64,000 nucleotides of DNA from an uncultured virus (IMG/VR IMGVR_UViG_3300025809_000016) (taxonomy: Duplodnaviria > Heunggongvirae > Uroviricota > Caudoviricetes): IMG/VR virus record IMGVR_UViG_3300025809_000016. One strand, 5' to 3'. The notes under the pieces were generated by a model, which saw only the letters and a program-made list of their open reading frames with translations, ran no database searches and was not told where the DNA came from. The translations under genes were made by a program, and so were the position numbers. Shown here piece after piece: positions 8,754 to 19,599 of this stretch; position 1 is the stretch's first letter, and every line of letters starts with the position of its first letter.

Positions 8754-11700
8754 ATGGCTATCGAAATTGAGGTAAAATCGAATTCGAGACAGGCAAGAGC
8801 AGACTTAGACCGGCTAAATAGTTCAGTTGATAAAATAAATACTTCCACCGAAAATGCAGGGAAGATGTTGAAGCGACTTGCCATCCAAGCAGGTGCTGCT
8901 TTCGCAGTCATCGGGTCTACACGAGCCGTAACTAATATCACAGACTCCTACCGTAGACTAGAGGCACGTATTGCTCTGACTACTAAGAGTACTGAAGAAC
9001 AAGTAAGGGCATTCAAGCAACTTAACGCTGTCGCCTTAGAAACACGCTCCAATCAAGAATCACTCGCAGACCTCTACTCTCGGATATCGAGAGCTACAGC
9101 TTCTCTTGGTGTAGAGCAAAAAGAAGTATTAAAGATCACCCGATCTATTTCACAAGCTATAACCATCTCTGGTTCATCTGCTGAATCCGCTAACTCTGCT
9201 ATTGTGCAGTTAGGGCAGGGACTAGCAGCTGGTGCTTTGAGAGGTCAGGAATTAAACTCTGTAATGGAACAAACACCTGCTGTAGCGCAAGCTATTGCTC
9301 GTGGGATGGGCATTACGATCGGTCAGCTAAGAGCCTTCGCCAACGAAGGAAAGCTCTCGGCACTAGCTGTTGTTGAAGCGTTATCTAGCCAGACAGCCTC
9401 TATTGATGAAGAGTTTAGCAGAATACCCATAACCTTCGCCCAAGCGTCACTTGTGATGAGCACAGGTATTGGTCGGATTGTGAACGAAGTAGATAAAGGT
9501 TTAGGAGTAACTACTAAGATCACGGATAGCCTTATGGCAGCAGGTCACTCGCTGAATGCTGCTGCTGAAGGTATCGGCCTTAATGCTATCGCCTTTAAAG
9601 AGTCGTTCGAGTCGATGACAAAAGGTGGTGCCGTACTAGTAGATTCTCTTAAACACCTCGGACGCGCTTTCCAAAGCTTAGCGGCTATGGCTATCGATCG
9701 GATATTCTCAACAAAGATGTTGCTTATGTTTCAATCTATAGGGTTTGCTGTAAGAGGGTTTGGCATTGCGCTACTCTACTTACTCGCGCCTCTGACTCGG
9801 ATAGCTAGTATAATAGACAGACTAGCATTCAAGATGGAAACCTTTGTTTCCCGCTTCGAACTTGGGCCAATTGAAAAAAGCATGCGTAGCCTCTCCCTTG
9901 GTTTCGGTAGTGCAATAGGCGAGATGGGTTTGGCAATCAACTTATTCATGGCTAAGAGTGGACAAATACTGTTCCTGTTCAGTCGGAAGATAGCATTTGC
10001 ATTCTTTAGTTTAGAAGCAAGCATCACTCAAACAGGTATCGCTTTCGGATTACTCGGCAAAGAATTAGGTCTTTCTTTTGGGCTTATGGGCCCAGCCCTC
10101 CAAGCTGTTGGTTCCCTACTAGAAAGCACCCTTGGTAAAATGGTAGGTAACATCGGCAAGTTCTTCTCTAAGGGTCTTATTGAAGAAATAGTAGCCGCCT
10201 TTTCTTTCTTGCAAGCGTATCTATCTAACATGGGCGGTAACGCTGCTGACGCTTTCTTAACTGGTATCTCAAAAAAGATGGGAATAGGTAAAGCGCAATC
10301 TTCTGTAACAGAAGCTCTCTCTGGACTATTCGGAAATTTCAAAGACGTATTTACAATGATGAATAAGGCACCTCTGTCGGGTCTTAAAAGTACTCTTAAC
10401 AATATTATGTCTGTGTTTGAGAATTTCACTGACAAAGTTGCTAAGTACTTCTTTGTAGTATACGATAAGGTAGTTGGTAACAGCTACTGGCCAGATCTGA
10501 TCGACGAAGTTGTAGCATACACTTCTAAGATAGCCCCTGCGCAAGAAGGTATCCGTAGCTTTACTGATAAAGTAAGTGGATTCTTCAAAAAGGGATTTGG
10601 GGACGTCAAAGGACTCTTAAGCTCTGCTGGTGCGGAAATCAAAATCTTCATTAAGTCATTCGTAGAGTCCCTTAAAACTGTAGAAGGCATCGCCCTCGCT
10701 ATTGCAGGCGTATTCTTATCGCTAGCAGCGGGAGTTGTCGGGCCAGTCTTTGCTGCGGTATTCGGAGCAGTGTCCTTACTGAGCAGCCTCCTTAGACACA
10801 GCTCACTTTCTATGGAACATCTTATAGAGTTCTCTGAATCATTAACTGATAAGATAAGAGACTTAGTAAACAACTTTGACTTGTTGAATGATGGACTGAG
10901 TTCCTTTGCTAGTGCAGCAAGCTCAATAGCTTCTAGCTCCCTATTCGCAGGGTTAGCGGAAGGGTTAAAGGGTATTCTTGTGCTGTTAAAGCCCCTTACC
11001 ATGCTGATATCTGACACGTTTGGTAGTGCCTTAGTAGGCGCTATTACAATAGGTCTCGCTTACTTAATAGCACCTATTGGTGTATTCGCTGCTATAATGG
11101 CGGGTCTTTTTGCTTCTGAGCTAACTACTGCTTTTGATTCAGTCTTAGGAATGTTCGGATCCAGCATGAGTTCTTTGCTAGGTAGTATTTCTGAAAACGT
11201 AGGTACTATCGTAGAGAAGTTGACAGAGGCTTTCGTCAGGCACATACCTTACATGGTTGGTCTTGTGTACGAAATTGGCTCAGGTCTCGTCCGTGGATTT
11301 CTTGACGGGGTACCCCTAATAGGTGGTGCGCTATCTAGCTTGTTTGACCTCATTAATGGGCTCACTCTTGGACTATTAGGTACTGCTGTAGGTGGTGGTA
11401 TTCTCTACATGCTATTTGCTCCTAAAGGTCTTAAAACAGCATTAGGCGCTTTGTTCACTTGGATCAGAACTGAAACAGCTGTGCTTTCTGGGCTACAATG
11501 GATAGGCACAAGTTTGATAGCGGAAGGAGTAGGCTTCGCTAAAATGCAATTCGCAGGATTATATGCATGGACTACGGGATTGTTTTCTAGAGCAAGAAGC
11601 TACTTCTCTGACATCCTTTTTGGAGCAGCAGGAAGAGCAGGAGCTGCAGCTGATGCTGCTTTCGCAACTGGTCTATTTAGCAACATATCTAACGCTGCTA

Positions 11701-14700
11701 ACGCTGGCTCTTTTGGTACTATGTTTAGAGGCGGGGGACTGCTAAAGAAGCTGCTAGTAGGTGCTGCGGGTCTTGCAGCCTTGTTAGGGATGACCGGCGC
11801 TTTCGCATCTGACGTTGCTGTTGAAGCTGAATCTAGCTTTATGAGCTCGTTAGGAGGAATGGATTTACTGGAGGGAGGTCTTATAGGCTTGTCACTCTTC
11901 GGTACCGCAGGTGTTACTTGGATTGCTGCTAAACTCGCAATGGTAACCTCCCCTGTATTAGCCGCGCTCACTGCTATAATGCTCCACCCTGTGTTCTTAA
12001 CTATCGCAGCTATAGTAGCAGCAATCACTGCTGTTGGTTTAATAGGTGCCTACTTCTTTGGAAAGGGTGATTCGTTAACTGACAAGATGGACAGTGCTGC
12101 TCATCAACTAGCTACGGTCTTTGGTCTGGCTGATAAGTATGTCAGCAAGTACAACCAAAAGGGTGTGTTAGAGTCTATAATGGGCGACTTCGATATAGAG
12201 GGTATGAATGCTGACCGTATGTTTTACGACCAGTTGGAAGACCCCAGTAAAGAGTTGGCTAAGCTAGGATCAGGTGCTCTTACCGGTGATCAGTTCCAAC
12301 AGCTATCTGAAGCTTCACTTGACGTTCAAAGAGCAATCGATAGTCAAGGTAGAAACCTCACAGGTACTATCGAGTCTGTCAACGCTAATGTTGAGGCCTC
12401 TAAGAAGATTGAAGCAGCTATTTTGCTTACTAACAAGATCTTGAAAGAAGCACAAACAGCTGCTATTGCAAGAGCAGAGCAATCTCTTAAAGACACAAAC
12501 AGAGTCGATGGACTCCGTGGCGTTGGTATAGAAGCTAGTTTCTTTGAACAACTAGGTAACGCCTTTGATGGTGTTCTCTCCGCTAACAATGCTCTTGGCT
12601 TTGGAAGACAAGAAACAGAATCAGAAGCTGAAAGCAGAGTAGATCAAGAGCGTAACGACGATGGGGAATTCACCCTAACAGCAGCTAACAATCTCCACAA
12701 TGCGTTAGATAAGTTTGCTGAAGATATAGACTCATTGTCACCTGCTAGCAAGCTGGCTATAGATAGTATGTTACAACTCAACGAACAAGTGAAGCAAGGT
12801 GCTTCCACTTACGCCGATCAGGCTCTAGACTTCTTTAGAGAAGCCAAGACTAGCTTCATAGGTTTCGTAACTAGTCAAAACACTGATAACCTAGCCGCAC
12901 AGGACGCTGAGTTAAACTCTCTCAACCGGACTAACGCAGAGGTACAAGAGGCGCAAGCGAACGCTATAACTATAGTAGCGCAAGTTGAGGCTCAGTTAAA
13001 CTTTACTAAGTTCAATGAGGAAGCTACTAAAGCCTTTAAGGAAGTAGGAAAGTCTGTTTCTGCTGTTGATCTAGGATTTCTTAGTGATAAGAAACGAAAG
13101 GAAGTAGGTGCTTTAGTACTGGCTTACAGAGACGCAGCCGAAGTTTTCGCTGACTCTACTACCGAAACCGGCGCTGCTAATGCTGCACTCTTAAAGGCAG
13201 CTACTGAAAACTTGCAGGAAGGCTTAGAGTCTGCCTCAGACAAAGTTTCTCGTAAAGTTAAGTCGATGGGTTTAGACATAAGTGAAAGCCAGTTTGCTAA
13301 CCTTGGTTTAGATCAGGCCAGTCGCATTAACGGTCTCTATTTGCAAATAGCGACAGAAGAGAATAAGATTAAAGGTCTTAAGTCTAATCAGGTTTTAGAG
13401 CAGCAAAAGCTGAACAAGAAGATCCAAGAGTACAAAGATATACTAGCAGGTATCCTAGTAGATACTCAAGGCATCAACGTTGCAATATCTAACGCTGGTC
13501 TGACTTACTCTCAAATCACCAACTCTTCAGATGCTCAATTAGTCGCAGTGGCTAATACAGCAAATGAAATTGCTGACATAGAGAGGAAACTAAGTCGCGT
13601 AGGCACAATCAGTGAAGCTAATGCTGCAGCTTATAGAGCCCAAGTAGTAGCTCTTAAAGAGCAACTTACTCTTCAGAACGAACAGATAGCTGCTACTCGC
13701 ACTATTGGTGAGTTAGTCAACGCTTCCAATCTTTCTCAAGATAACCTTCTTAGGCTTAGTGGTGAAGAACTTACCAACGCTCTTCAGATCGCAGAAGCGA
13801 AGCGTAACCTCGGTCTGGAAATTGCAGCCTTGGGCAAACTTGACGAAGAAAATCTCGCTGTGTATATAGCGAAGACTCAAGAGCTTTACGAGCAAGACCT
13901 TTTGATGAAAGGCTTACTGGATAGCACACGTACTCAGTACGAGCTAATCAATGGCTTATCTAACATAGGTTTCGCTGGCGGAATAGAAAGGTTCTATGAC
14001 CTCGGCCCTACTATGCAAGCAGGTCTTTTAGCCGCAAGTAAACAAGCTGAAAAACTCCAAGCTATAATGGACGCCCCTAATGCAACTAGCGCAGAGATAC
14101 AAGAGGCATTTCAACAACAGCTGCTATTAACCAAGCAGACTGAAAAGTTGAACGAAGTAATGGCTCGTGGTACTGAAGTTGCTGGTGCAATAAGAGACAC
14201 GTTTGCTGACTCTGTCAAAGACATAGCAGATGGTGTCGGTGGTCTTGGTGATGTCTTCAAGAACGTTATGAAGGAAATCCAAAGCACGCTTATTGACACT
14301 GCTATAGACACGCTGACCAATGCTGTATTCGGAACCGATGGTGGTTTTGAAGGCGCTATACAAGCGATGTTTGCTAAGGGTATCACACCTCAAGGCGAAG
14401 AAAGCGGTGGATTGTTTGGAAAAGCATCTAGCGCTATCGGTGGTATCGGTGGTGTTGCTAGCATTGGAGAAGGTTCAGATGAGGAAGGTCTCACTGAAGC
14501 TGCTACCGGTCTTGCTGGTTTCTCAGCATCTATCAAAGGAGCAGTAGGCGGCTTAGCCGAATGGGGAAGTGGTATACTTTCTTCTATCCTTAACTTCTTT
14601 GGTTTCCAAACAGCACAAACAGCTGCTACTGCGGTTACTGCTACAACTACTGGTGTCACCACTGCACTAAGTGCAGCAATGGTACTCGCTACTGCCGCCG

Positions 14701-15137
14701 CTACATCATTAGCTTCTGCTATGGCTTCCGCAGCGTTTACTTCTGGTATTCCGGGATTCGCTACAGGTGGTTACGTAAGTGGCCCCGGTACTGGTACTTC
14801 GGATAGCATCTTGGCACACTTGTCTAACGGCGAGTATGTTATGAATGCTAAGGCTGTTAAAGAGAATGGTGCGCTGATCGCTGCAATCAACAACGGTGAT
14901 GCTTTACCCAAGTTTGCCACAGGTGGATTAGTTGCCACTGGCCCCACGAATACAGCATCTGCTGCGTCTCAAAGAGCATTAGTCACTGCTGCCCCTTCGC
15001 AAGGTGGTCAAAGTCAACAAGTCATAAACCTGAATATCACAGGTGATATCTCTAGACAGACTAAGAAAGAAGTAATGAAAATGCTGCCATCAATAGCTGG
15101 TGGTGTCAACCAACACAATCGAGAAAATCAGAGGTAA
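8754..15137 (+). CDS. Tail tape measure protein
   Basis: 2127 aa, Ala/Gly/Leu-rich; AIVQLGQGLA.G.LRGQELNSVMEQ tape-measure motif; FATGG..SGPGTGTSDSI C-terminus. Confidence 0.93.
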   Translation: MAIEIEVKSNSRQARADLDRLNSSVDKINTSTENAGKMLKRLAIQAGAAFAVIGSTRAVTNITDSYRRLEARIALTTKSTEEQVRAFKQLNAVALETRSNQESLADLYSRISRATASLGVEQKEVLKITRSISQAITISGSSAESANSAIVQLGQGLAAGALRGQELNSVMEQTPAVAQAIARGMGITIGQLRAFANEGKLSALAVVEALSSQTASIDEEFSRIPITFAQASLVMSTGIGRIVNEVDKGLGVTTKITDSLMAAGHSLNAAAEGIGLNAIAFKESFESMTKGGAVLVDSLKHLGRAFQSLAAMAIDRIFSTKMLLMFQSIGFAVRGFGIALLYLLAPLTRIASIIDRLAFKMETFVSRFELGPIEKSMRSLSLGFGSAIGEMGLAINLFMAKSGQILFLFSRKIAFAFFSLEASITQTGIAFGLLGKELGLSFGLMGPALQAVGSLLESTLGKMVGNIGKFFSKGLIEEIVAAFSFLQAYLSNMGGNAADAFLTGISKKMGIGKAQSSVTEALSGLFGNFKDVFTMMNKAPLSGLKSTLNNIMSVFENFTDKVAKYFFVVYDKVVGNSYWPDLIDEVVAYTSKIAPAQEGIRSFTDKVSGFFKKGFGDVKGLLSSAGAEIKIFIKSFVESLKTVEGIALAIAGVFLSLAAGVVGPVFAAVFGAVSLLSSLLRHSSLSMEHLIEFSESLTDKIRDLVNNFDLLNDGLSSFASAASSIASSSLFAGLAEGLKGILVLLKPLTMLISDTFGSALVGAITIGLAYLIAPIGVFAAIMAGLFASELTTAFDSVLGMFGSSMSSLLGSISENVGTIVEKLTEAFVRHIPYMVGLVYEIGSGLVRGFLDGVPLIGGALSSLFDLINGLTLGLLGTAVGGGILYMLFAPKGLKTALGALFTWIRTETAVLSGLQWIGTSLIAEGVGFAKMQFAGLYAWTTGLFSRARSYFSDILFGAAGRAGAAADAAFATGLFSNISNAANAGSFGTMFRGGGLLKKLLVGAAGLAALLGMTGAFASDVAVEAESSFMSSLGGMDLLEGGLIGLSLFGTAGVTWIAAKLAMVTSPVLAALTAIMLHPVFLTIAAIVAAITAVGLIGAYFFGKGDSLTDKMDSAAHQLATVFGLADKYVSKYNQKGVLESIMGDFDIEGMNADRMFYDQLEDPSKELAKLGSGALTGDQFQQLSEASLDVQRAIDSQGRNLTGTIESVNANVEASKKIEAAILLTNKILKEAQTAAIARAEQSLKDTNRVDGLRGVGIEASFFEQLGNAFDGVLSANNALGFGRQETESEAESRVDQERNDDGEFTLTAANNLHNALDKFAEDIDSLSPASKLAIDSMLQLNEQVKQGASTYADQALDFFREAKTSFIGFVTSQNTDNLAAQDAELNSLNRTNAEVQEAQANAITIVAQVEAQLNFTKFNEEATKAFKEVGKSVSAVDLGFLSDKKRKEVGALVLAYRDAAEVFADSTTETGAANAALLKAATENLQEGLESASDKVSRKVKSMGLDISESQFANLGLDQASRINGLYLQIATEENKIKGLKSNQVLEQQKLNKKIQEYKDILAGILVDTQGINVAISNAGLTYSQITNSSDAQLVAVANTANEIADIERKLSRVGTISEANAAAYRAQVVALKEQLTLQNEQIAATRTIGELVNASNLSQDNLLRLSGEELTNALQIAEAKRNLGLEIAALGKLDEENLAVYIAKTQELYEQDLLMKGLLDSTRTQYELINGLSNIGFAGGIERFYDLGPTMQAGLLAASKQAEKLQAIMDAPNATSAEIQEAFQQQLLLTKQTEKLNEVMARGTEVAGAIRDTFADSVKDIADGVGGLGDVFKNVMKEIQSTLIDTAIDTLTNAVFGTDGGFEGAIQAMFAKGITPQGEESGGLFGKASSAIGGIGGVASIGEGSDEEGLTEAATGLAGFSASIKGAVGGLAEWGSGILSSILNFFGFQTAQTAATAVTATTTGVTTALSAAMVLATAAATSLASAMASAAFTSGIPGFATGGYVSGPGTGTSDSILAHLSNGEYVMNAKAVKENGALIAAINNGDALPKFATGGLVATGPTNTASAASQRALVTAAPSQGGQSQQVINLNITGDISRQTKKEVMKMLPSIAGGVNQHNRENQR

Positions 15138-15143
15138 ATAGAA

Positions 15144-15746
15144 ATGGCAACATATCAATTTCAAGGTCAAGATATTGTTGCCCCATTTCGTATAACTTCC
15201 AATGAACCCGCTCTCTCTACGGACTCTATAACACTTAGAGTTCGTAGGGTGACGCAGGGCGCTCAGAGGTGGGAATTAGATTTTGGGGTGGTAATGGAAG
15301 ACGCGTCAAGCTATCTAGCCGATATGGTTAGTACTTTCAACGAAACAGTTCAAATGGAAATGCCACAACTTAATGTTAGAGGAGAGACGATCTCTTCCGG
15401 TACTTCCACAACTGCCATAACAACAGCTGGTACTGGCAACGTAGGTAACACTACTGCCGTCAGTGTCACTGGTGCCAATGGTACCATAAAGAAAGGTCGC
15501 TTTGTTAAGTTCTCAGATCACGACAAAGTATACCTTGTAATAGCAGACTTTACCGGAACAGGGAATATAAGTCTCTATCCTAGCTTACGACAGAACGTTG
15601 TAGCAGGAACCACACTGCTGTATCGAGATGGTACAGACGCAATAACCTTCACCGCTTTTCGTGACATAGATAACCAAGCAGGCATAACGTTTGTAGATGG
15701 TATCCTAAGTGACGGAGGCAGTATCACACTAATAGAGGCACTATAG
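15144..15746 (+). CDS. Distal tail protein (putative)
   Basis: Directly after the tape measure; QRWE and G.FVKF..H.KVY....P.LR motifs. Confidence 0.6.
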   Translation: MATYQFQGQDIVAPFRITSNEPALSTDSITLRVRRVTQGAQRWELDFGVVMEDASSYLADMVSTFNETVQMEMPQLNVRGETISSGTSTTAITTAGTGNVGNTTAVSVTGANGTIKKGRFVKFSDHDKVYLVIADFTGTGNISLYPSLRQNVVAGTTLLYRDGTDAITFTAFRDIDNQAGITFVDGILSDGGSITLIEAL

Positions 15747-15748
15747 CA

Positions 15749-16303
15749 ATGAAAAGTACTCCAACTTCGATCCTTACGGGTCTCGCCGCAGACGTAGCAG
15801 AACCCTATTTGATTCTAGATATGGAGTTTGCTGCCTTTCATGTAAGGCTTACCAACTTACCTTTTGATGTATCAGTTGGTGGTAACACTTATGTTTCTGA
15901 CGGGGGGTTAACTAAGTTTTCCCCTCCTCAGTTAACTAATGTAGCAGACAAAGAAACATATCGTATAGAATTAATAGATTTTAATAATGAATTCAAATCA
16001 TACTTTGATAACAGTGCAATAGGGACAGATGTTACCGTCAGGTTAGGTATCACCGGTAACTACACAGATCTTGACACTGTATATAAAGGTAGAATCGATG
16101 CTACCCAAATTACTATGTCACCTTCAGACGGAACCAAAGATGCCATCATTGAATGCTCTTCTCCGTTTGGTGCCTTAGACAGAACAAACGAAAGGCTCTC
16201 AGATGATCAGACCCAGAAAGGCATTAATGCCACTGATACCTGCTTTGAGAACATATACAAAAACATAGAATCCATCCAAGTTAGATGGGGAAAGAAACCA
16301 TAA
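15749..16303 (+). CDS. Baseplate hub/tail protein (putative)
   Basis: Position; Y.GRID...S.F..L.R......Q....D.CF....I.WG pattern. Confidence 0.6.
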   Translation: MKSTPTSILTGLAADVAEPYLILDMEFAAFHVRLTNLPFDVSVGGNTYVSDGGLTKFSPPQLTNVADKETYRIELIDFNNEFKSYFDNSAIGTDVTVRLGITGNYTDLDTVYKGRIDATQITMSPSDGTKDAIIECSSPFGALDRTNERLSDDQTQKGINATDTCFENIYKNIESIQVRWGKKP

Positions 16304-16324
16304 TACTCAGAGGAGTAACACGTA

Positions 16325-19300
16325 ATGGGTCTATTTTCAATTATCGCACTCATAGTATCAGTAGTATCTTCTGCTGTACAAATGCGGAAGCAAAAGAAAG
16401 CACAGAAGAAAGCTAAAGAAGACGCATTAGACCGCGCAGGCTTTCAGATAACAGTAAAAGGAGACTCCGCACCGATCCCTATTGTCTATGGTAGGCAAAT
16501 GGTAGGCGGTGTCCTTGCCGATGTAGTTGTCAACAATGACTACGTTTGGGCAGATACTCCTAACAGAGATTCCGGATGGTCAGCAAGTACACAGATGCGC
16601 ACGACAAGCTGGGATCAGGACACCGATAGGCATAGGAACCACTTCCTTACTGCTCAGTACGCTATCTGTCAAGGCGACATCGAAGAGATCAAGTATCTCA
16701 AAGTAGATGACGTCCCTTATAACGACAAAGAGTTCACGCAGGAATACGGTGGACACTGGATCGTTGGTTACAACAGCGGTGGCACAGCTTGCCCTCTTGC
16801 TACAGCCAACGGTATGTTAGCAAACAACAAGTTCACCGATCTAGCTTTTGCTACGGGTGCCTTCAGGTTAGACCTTGAGAACCCTCAGTACTTCCAAATA
16901 CCAGAGCTGCAGTTCTTTGTTAAAGGTAAGAAGATTGCCGCTGTTACTGAAGCAGCTGGTGTGTACTCTTATGACCGTACTACGGGTCTTACATACAGCA
17001 ACAACCCTGCTTTAGTTCTCCTCGATTACCTCACTGGTGAATATGGAATGAACTTGGCGGCAACTGACTGTAATCTGAAGTCATTCTACGATGCCGCAGC
17101 TGTTTGCGCTCTAACCGTAAACCCTTTAGCTGGACTAGGTGCTGTAGAACGTAGAGGACGTATTTGGAAAGGAGATGCAGGCGGTAATGCTGGTAACCCT
17201 TTGTACCCCTCCACAGGAGCGGGTTCAAATTTTATGGGTATAAACTTCGCTGAGATACGAGCGCAGACAGACACCCTCGGCACTACCTACGCCTCTAACC
17301 TCGCAAGCCAAGGTTATGCAGGTCAGGTAACTACTTCTGGGCCCGGTCACTATGACATCGATTTCACCAATGTCACTTATAACTCAGGTGCGGACGAGCT
17401 ACGAGTACCCCTCGCAGACGTTACTGCTCAAGATGGTGCTACTGCTATAACTACCGCTACAGATATCCCACAGGTAGAGTTCTCTTCCATCTCGGACAAG
17501 ATTGCTACAGGTGTAGACTCCTTGCCTCTCTATGAGTGTAATATCACATTAGACCCTTCTCAGCCTGTAAGAGACAACGTTTCTGGTATTCTTAACTCAA
17601 TGCCTAACGCTGATCTCATATGGGCAGAAGGTAAGTTCAAGCTTAATCTGGAATACCACTTGACCCAAAGTGCCCTTATTGCAGCAGCAGAAGCTAACCT
17701 GATTGTCACAGATGACCTGTTAGCCAGAGCGGATATCACTACCATCTATGCCTCTGCTGATGTTAAGCTAAACCAAGCTTCAGTAAGGTATTCAGACGAA
17801 CAAGAAGACTTCAAATCTAATACACAAACGTGGCCACCTAGTGGTAGCACTGTACACAACACCTATCTCAACGAGGACAATGGGGTAGTTCTTAACACTC
17901 AGCTTGACGGTTTCGGTCTATCTGATCCGTATCACGCAATGGCGTTAGCTGAACAAACAGTAAGAGAGTCTCGTAGGCAAACCCAGTATGAGTTCACTAT
18001 GTACGCAGAAGGCTACGCATTAGAGCCCGGCGATGTCATCAAGCTCAACAGTGTAATCAATAACCTCGTAAGCGCAGATGACGTTATCAAGATAGAAAGA
18101 GTTTCTATTGACGAGAGCCTACTAGTCACGGTTACAGGTTCGCGTATACACGCTTCTGACTTTGCTTGGAACATAGCGGATAATATGTTGAGCCCTCTGG
18201 ACAGACACATTCCTTTCGGATTGTTTCCACCTGTCTTGACTAATACAGAGATAGCTGAAGCAGACCTTAGCACTAATACAGTGAAAGGCTATCGAGCACT
18301 CTCTGATGAGAACTCTGTATTCTTGAGGTTTGAACCCGGACTAAGCCATTCCTTCGATTACTATGAAATAGAATGGGCTAAATCTAGCAGTACTGACGAT
18401 GATGATTGGTTTGTTGCTGGTAGAACTAAGAACGAAAACTTTACCCTTATCGTAGGTAATCCCGCAGAGGACATCTACATACGAGCAAGGTCTGTATCGC
18501 AAACTGGAAGGCGTTCAGTAGCGTCTACTGTTGTGATTGGCCCTGTCAATATAGAAAACCCTTCAGCAACATCCTCTTTGAGCTTCCTCTGGGATACAAC
18601 AGGTATAACTTGGTCTCAGATAGCAGACCTCTCTTACACCTCCGCAGATGCTGACGCAACCCTTACCGTCTATAAAGGTTTAGGGGTATTCCCCAGACTG
18701 GCCTACACAGGTGTCCCTGCGGATCTCACCGATGGCAACTGGTGGGTAACCAGTGTTTCTAATACAGGAACATTCACTCGTACAGATTCTTCGTATAGTG
18801 CCGCAGGCTTCACCACTACCACGAGTGCCTTTACAGTCTCTGGTACCATAACTGTCAATGTTGAAGTAAACATGGGCGGGACTGTTAGTAGTGCTGCTTT
18901 GAAGCTCCCTGTCACAGGTAGTTTGATCGGCGCAACAGGTGCTGACGGTACTGATGGCAACAATGGCACTGATGGCACTAATGGCACCAATGGAACGAAC
19001 GGAACCAATGGAACCAATGGAGCCGTAGGAGCTAAATCTGCCTTTGCTACACTCTATACCACAACAGAGCAATCAACAGTCCCAAGTGCGCCAACAGCTA
19101 CAATCACGTGGGCCACCGGTGTTTTGACACCTCCTGCTGGTTGGAGTTTATCCGTGCCTACTGTAGACGGTGCTGAGACGTCTGGTAAGTATTACCATTC
19201 AAACGTATCGTTTAGTGAGGTAGCAGGATCAACCGCTACGACAACTACATCCGTAGGAACAACACCCTCTACTATCGTCAGCTTTTCAGGACTGGTAGTA

Positions 19301-19516
19301 TTTGGTGGAGCAGCAGCTGACATAAACGCAGGAGCTACGACTATCAACGGCGGTAAGATCACAGCTAACACTGTGGCTTTAAGCTCTATCAATCCGACTG
19401 GTTCTATTGTTGGAACTGACATTGTTCGGCTGACAGACAAAGGCATGGCTATCTTCTCAGGCGGTGTCTTGAGAGTGAAGCTCGGAGACTTGTCTGACGC
19501 GTTTGATGGTACGTAA
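16325..19516 (+). CDS. Central tail tip/host specificity protein
   Basis: IPIVYG, V.GKK, YSNNPALVLLDYLT..YG, LEPGDVI motifs, FN3-like region, C-terminal LRVKLG. Confidence 0.85.
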   Translation: MGLFSIIALIVSVVSSAVQMRKQKKAQKKAKEDALDRAGFQITVKGDSAPIPIVYGRQMVGGVLADVVVNNDYVWADTPNRDSGWSASTQMRTTSWDQDTDRHRNHFLTAQYAICQGDIEEIKYLKVDDVPYNDKEFTQEYGGHWIVGYNSGGTACPLATANGMLANNKFTDLAFATGAFRLDLENPQYFQIPELQFFVKGKKIAAVTEAAGVYSYDRTTGLTYSNNPALVLLDYLTGEYGMNLAATDCNLKSFYDAAAVCALTVNPLAGLGAVERRGRIWKGDAGGNAGNPLYPSTGAGSNFMGINFAEIRAQTDTLGTTYASNLASQGYAGQVTTSGPGHYDIDFTNVTYNSGADELRVPLADVTAQDGATAITTATDIPQVEFSSISDKIATGVDSLPLYECNITLDPSQPVRDNVSGILNSMPNADLIWAEGKFKLNLEYHLTQSALIAAAEANLIVTDDLLARADITTIYASADVKLNQASVRYSDEQEDFKSNTQTWPPSGSTVHNTYLNEDNGVVLNTQLDGFGLSDPYHAMALAEQTVRESRRQTQYEFTMYAEGYALEPGDVIKLNSVINNLVSADDVIKIERVSIDESLLVTVTGSRIHASDFAWNIADNMLSPLDRHIPFGLFPPVLTNTEIAEADLSTNTVKGYRALSDENSVFLRFEPGLSHSFDYYEIEWAKSSSTDDDDWFVAGRTKNENFTLIVGNPAEDIYIRARSVSQTGRRSVASTVVIGPVNIENPSATSSLSFLWDTTGITWSQIADLSYTSADADATLTVYKGLGVFPRLAYTGVPADLTDGNWWVTSVSNTGTFTRTDSSYSAAGFTTTTSAFTVSGTITVNVEVNMGGTVSSAALKLPVTGSLIGATGADGTDGNNGTDGTNGTNGTNGTNGTNGAVGAKSAFATLYTTTEQSTVPSAPTATITWATGVLTPPAGWSLSVPTVDGAETSGKYYHSNVSFSEVAGSTATTTTSVGTTPSTIVSFSGLVVFGGAAADINAGATTINGGKITANTVALSSINPTGSIVGTDIVRLTDKGMAIFSGGVLRVKLGDLSDAFDGT
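18929..19031 (+). repeat. Collagen-like G-X-Y (GTN/GTD) tandem repeat in the tail tip protein
   Basis: GATGADGTDGNNGTDGTNGTNGTNGTNGTNGAVG. Confidence 0.8.
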
Positions 19517-19531
19517 TCAATCACTCTATAG
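19517..19531 (+). promoter_or_regulatory. Phage RNAP promoter, class B (consensus YTGATCACWCTAWAG)
   Basis: TCAATCACTCTATAG, intergenic; variant of a six-copy motif. Confidence 0.55.
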
Positions 19532-19599
19532 CAGCAAAACAGAGGGGCCTTCGGGCCTCTTACCTCTTAAACTAACATACATTTAATAAGGAGACACTT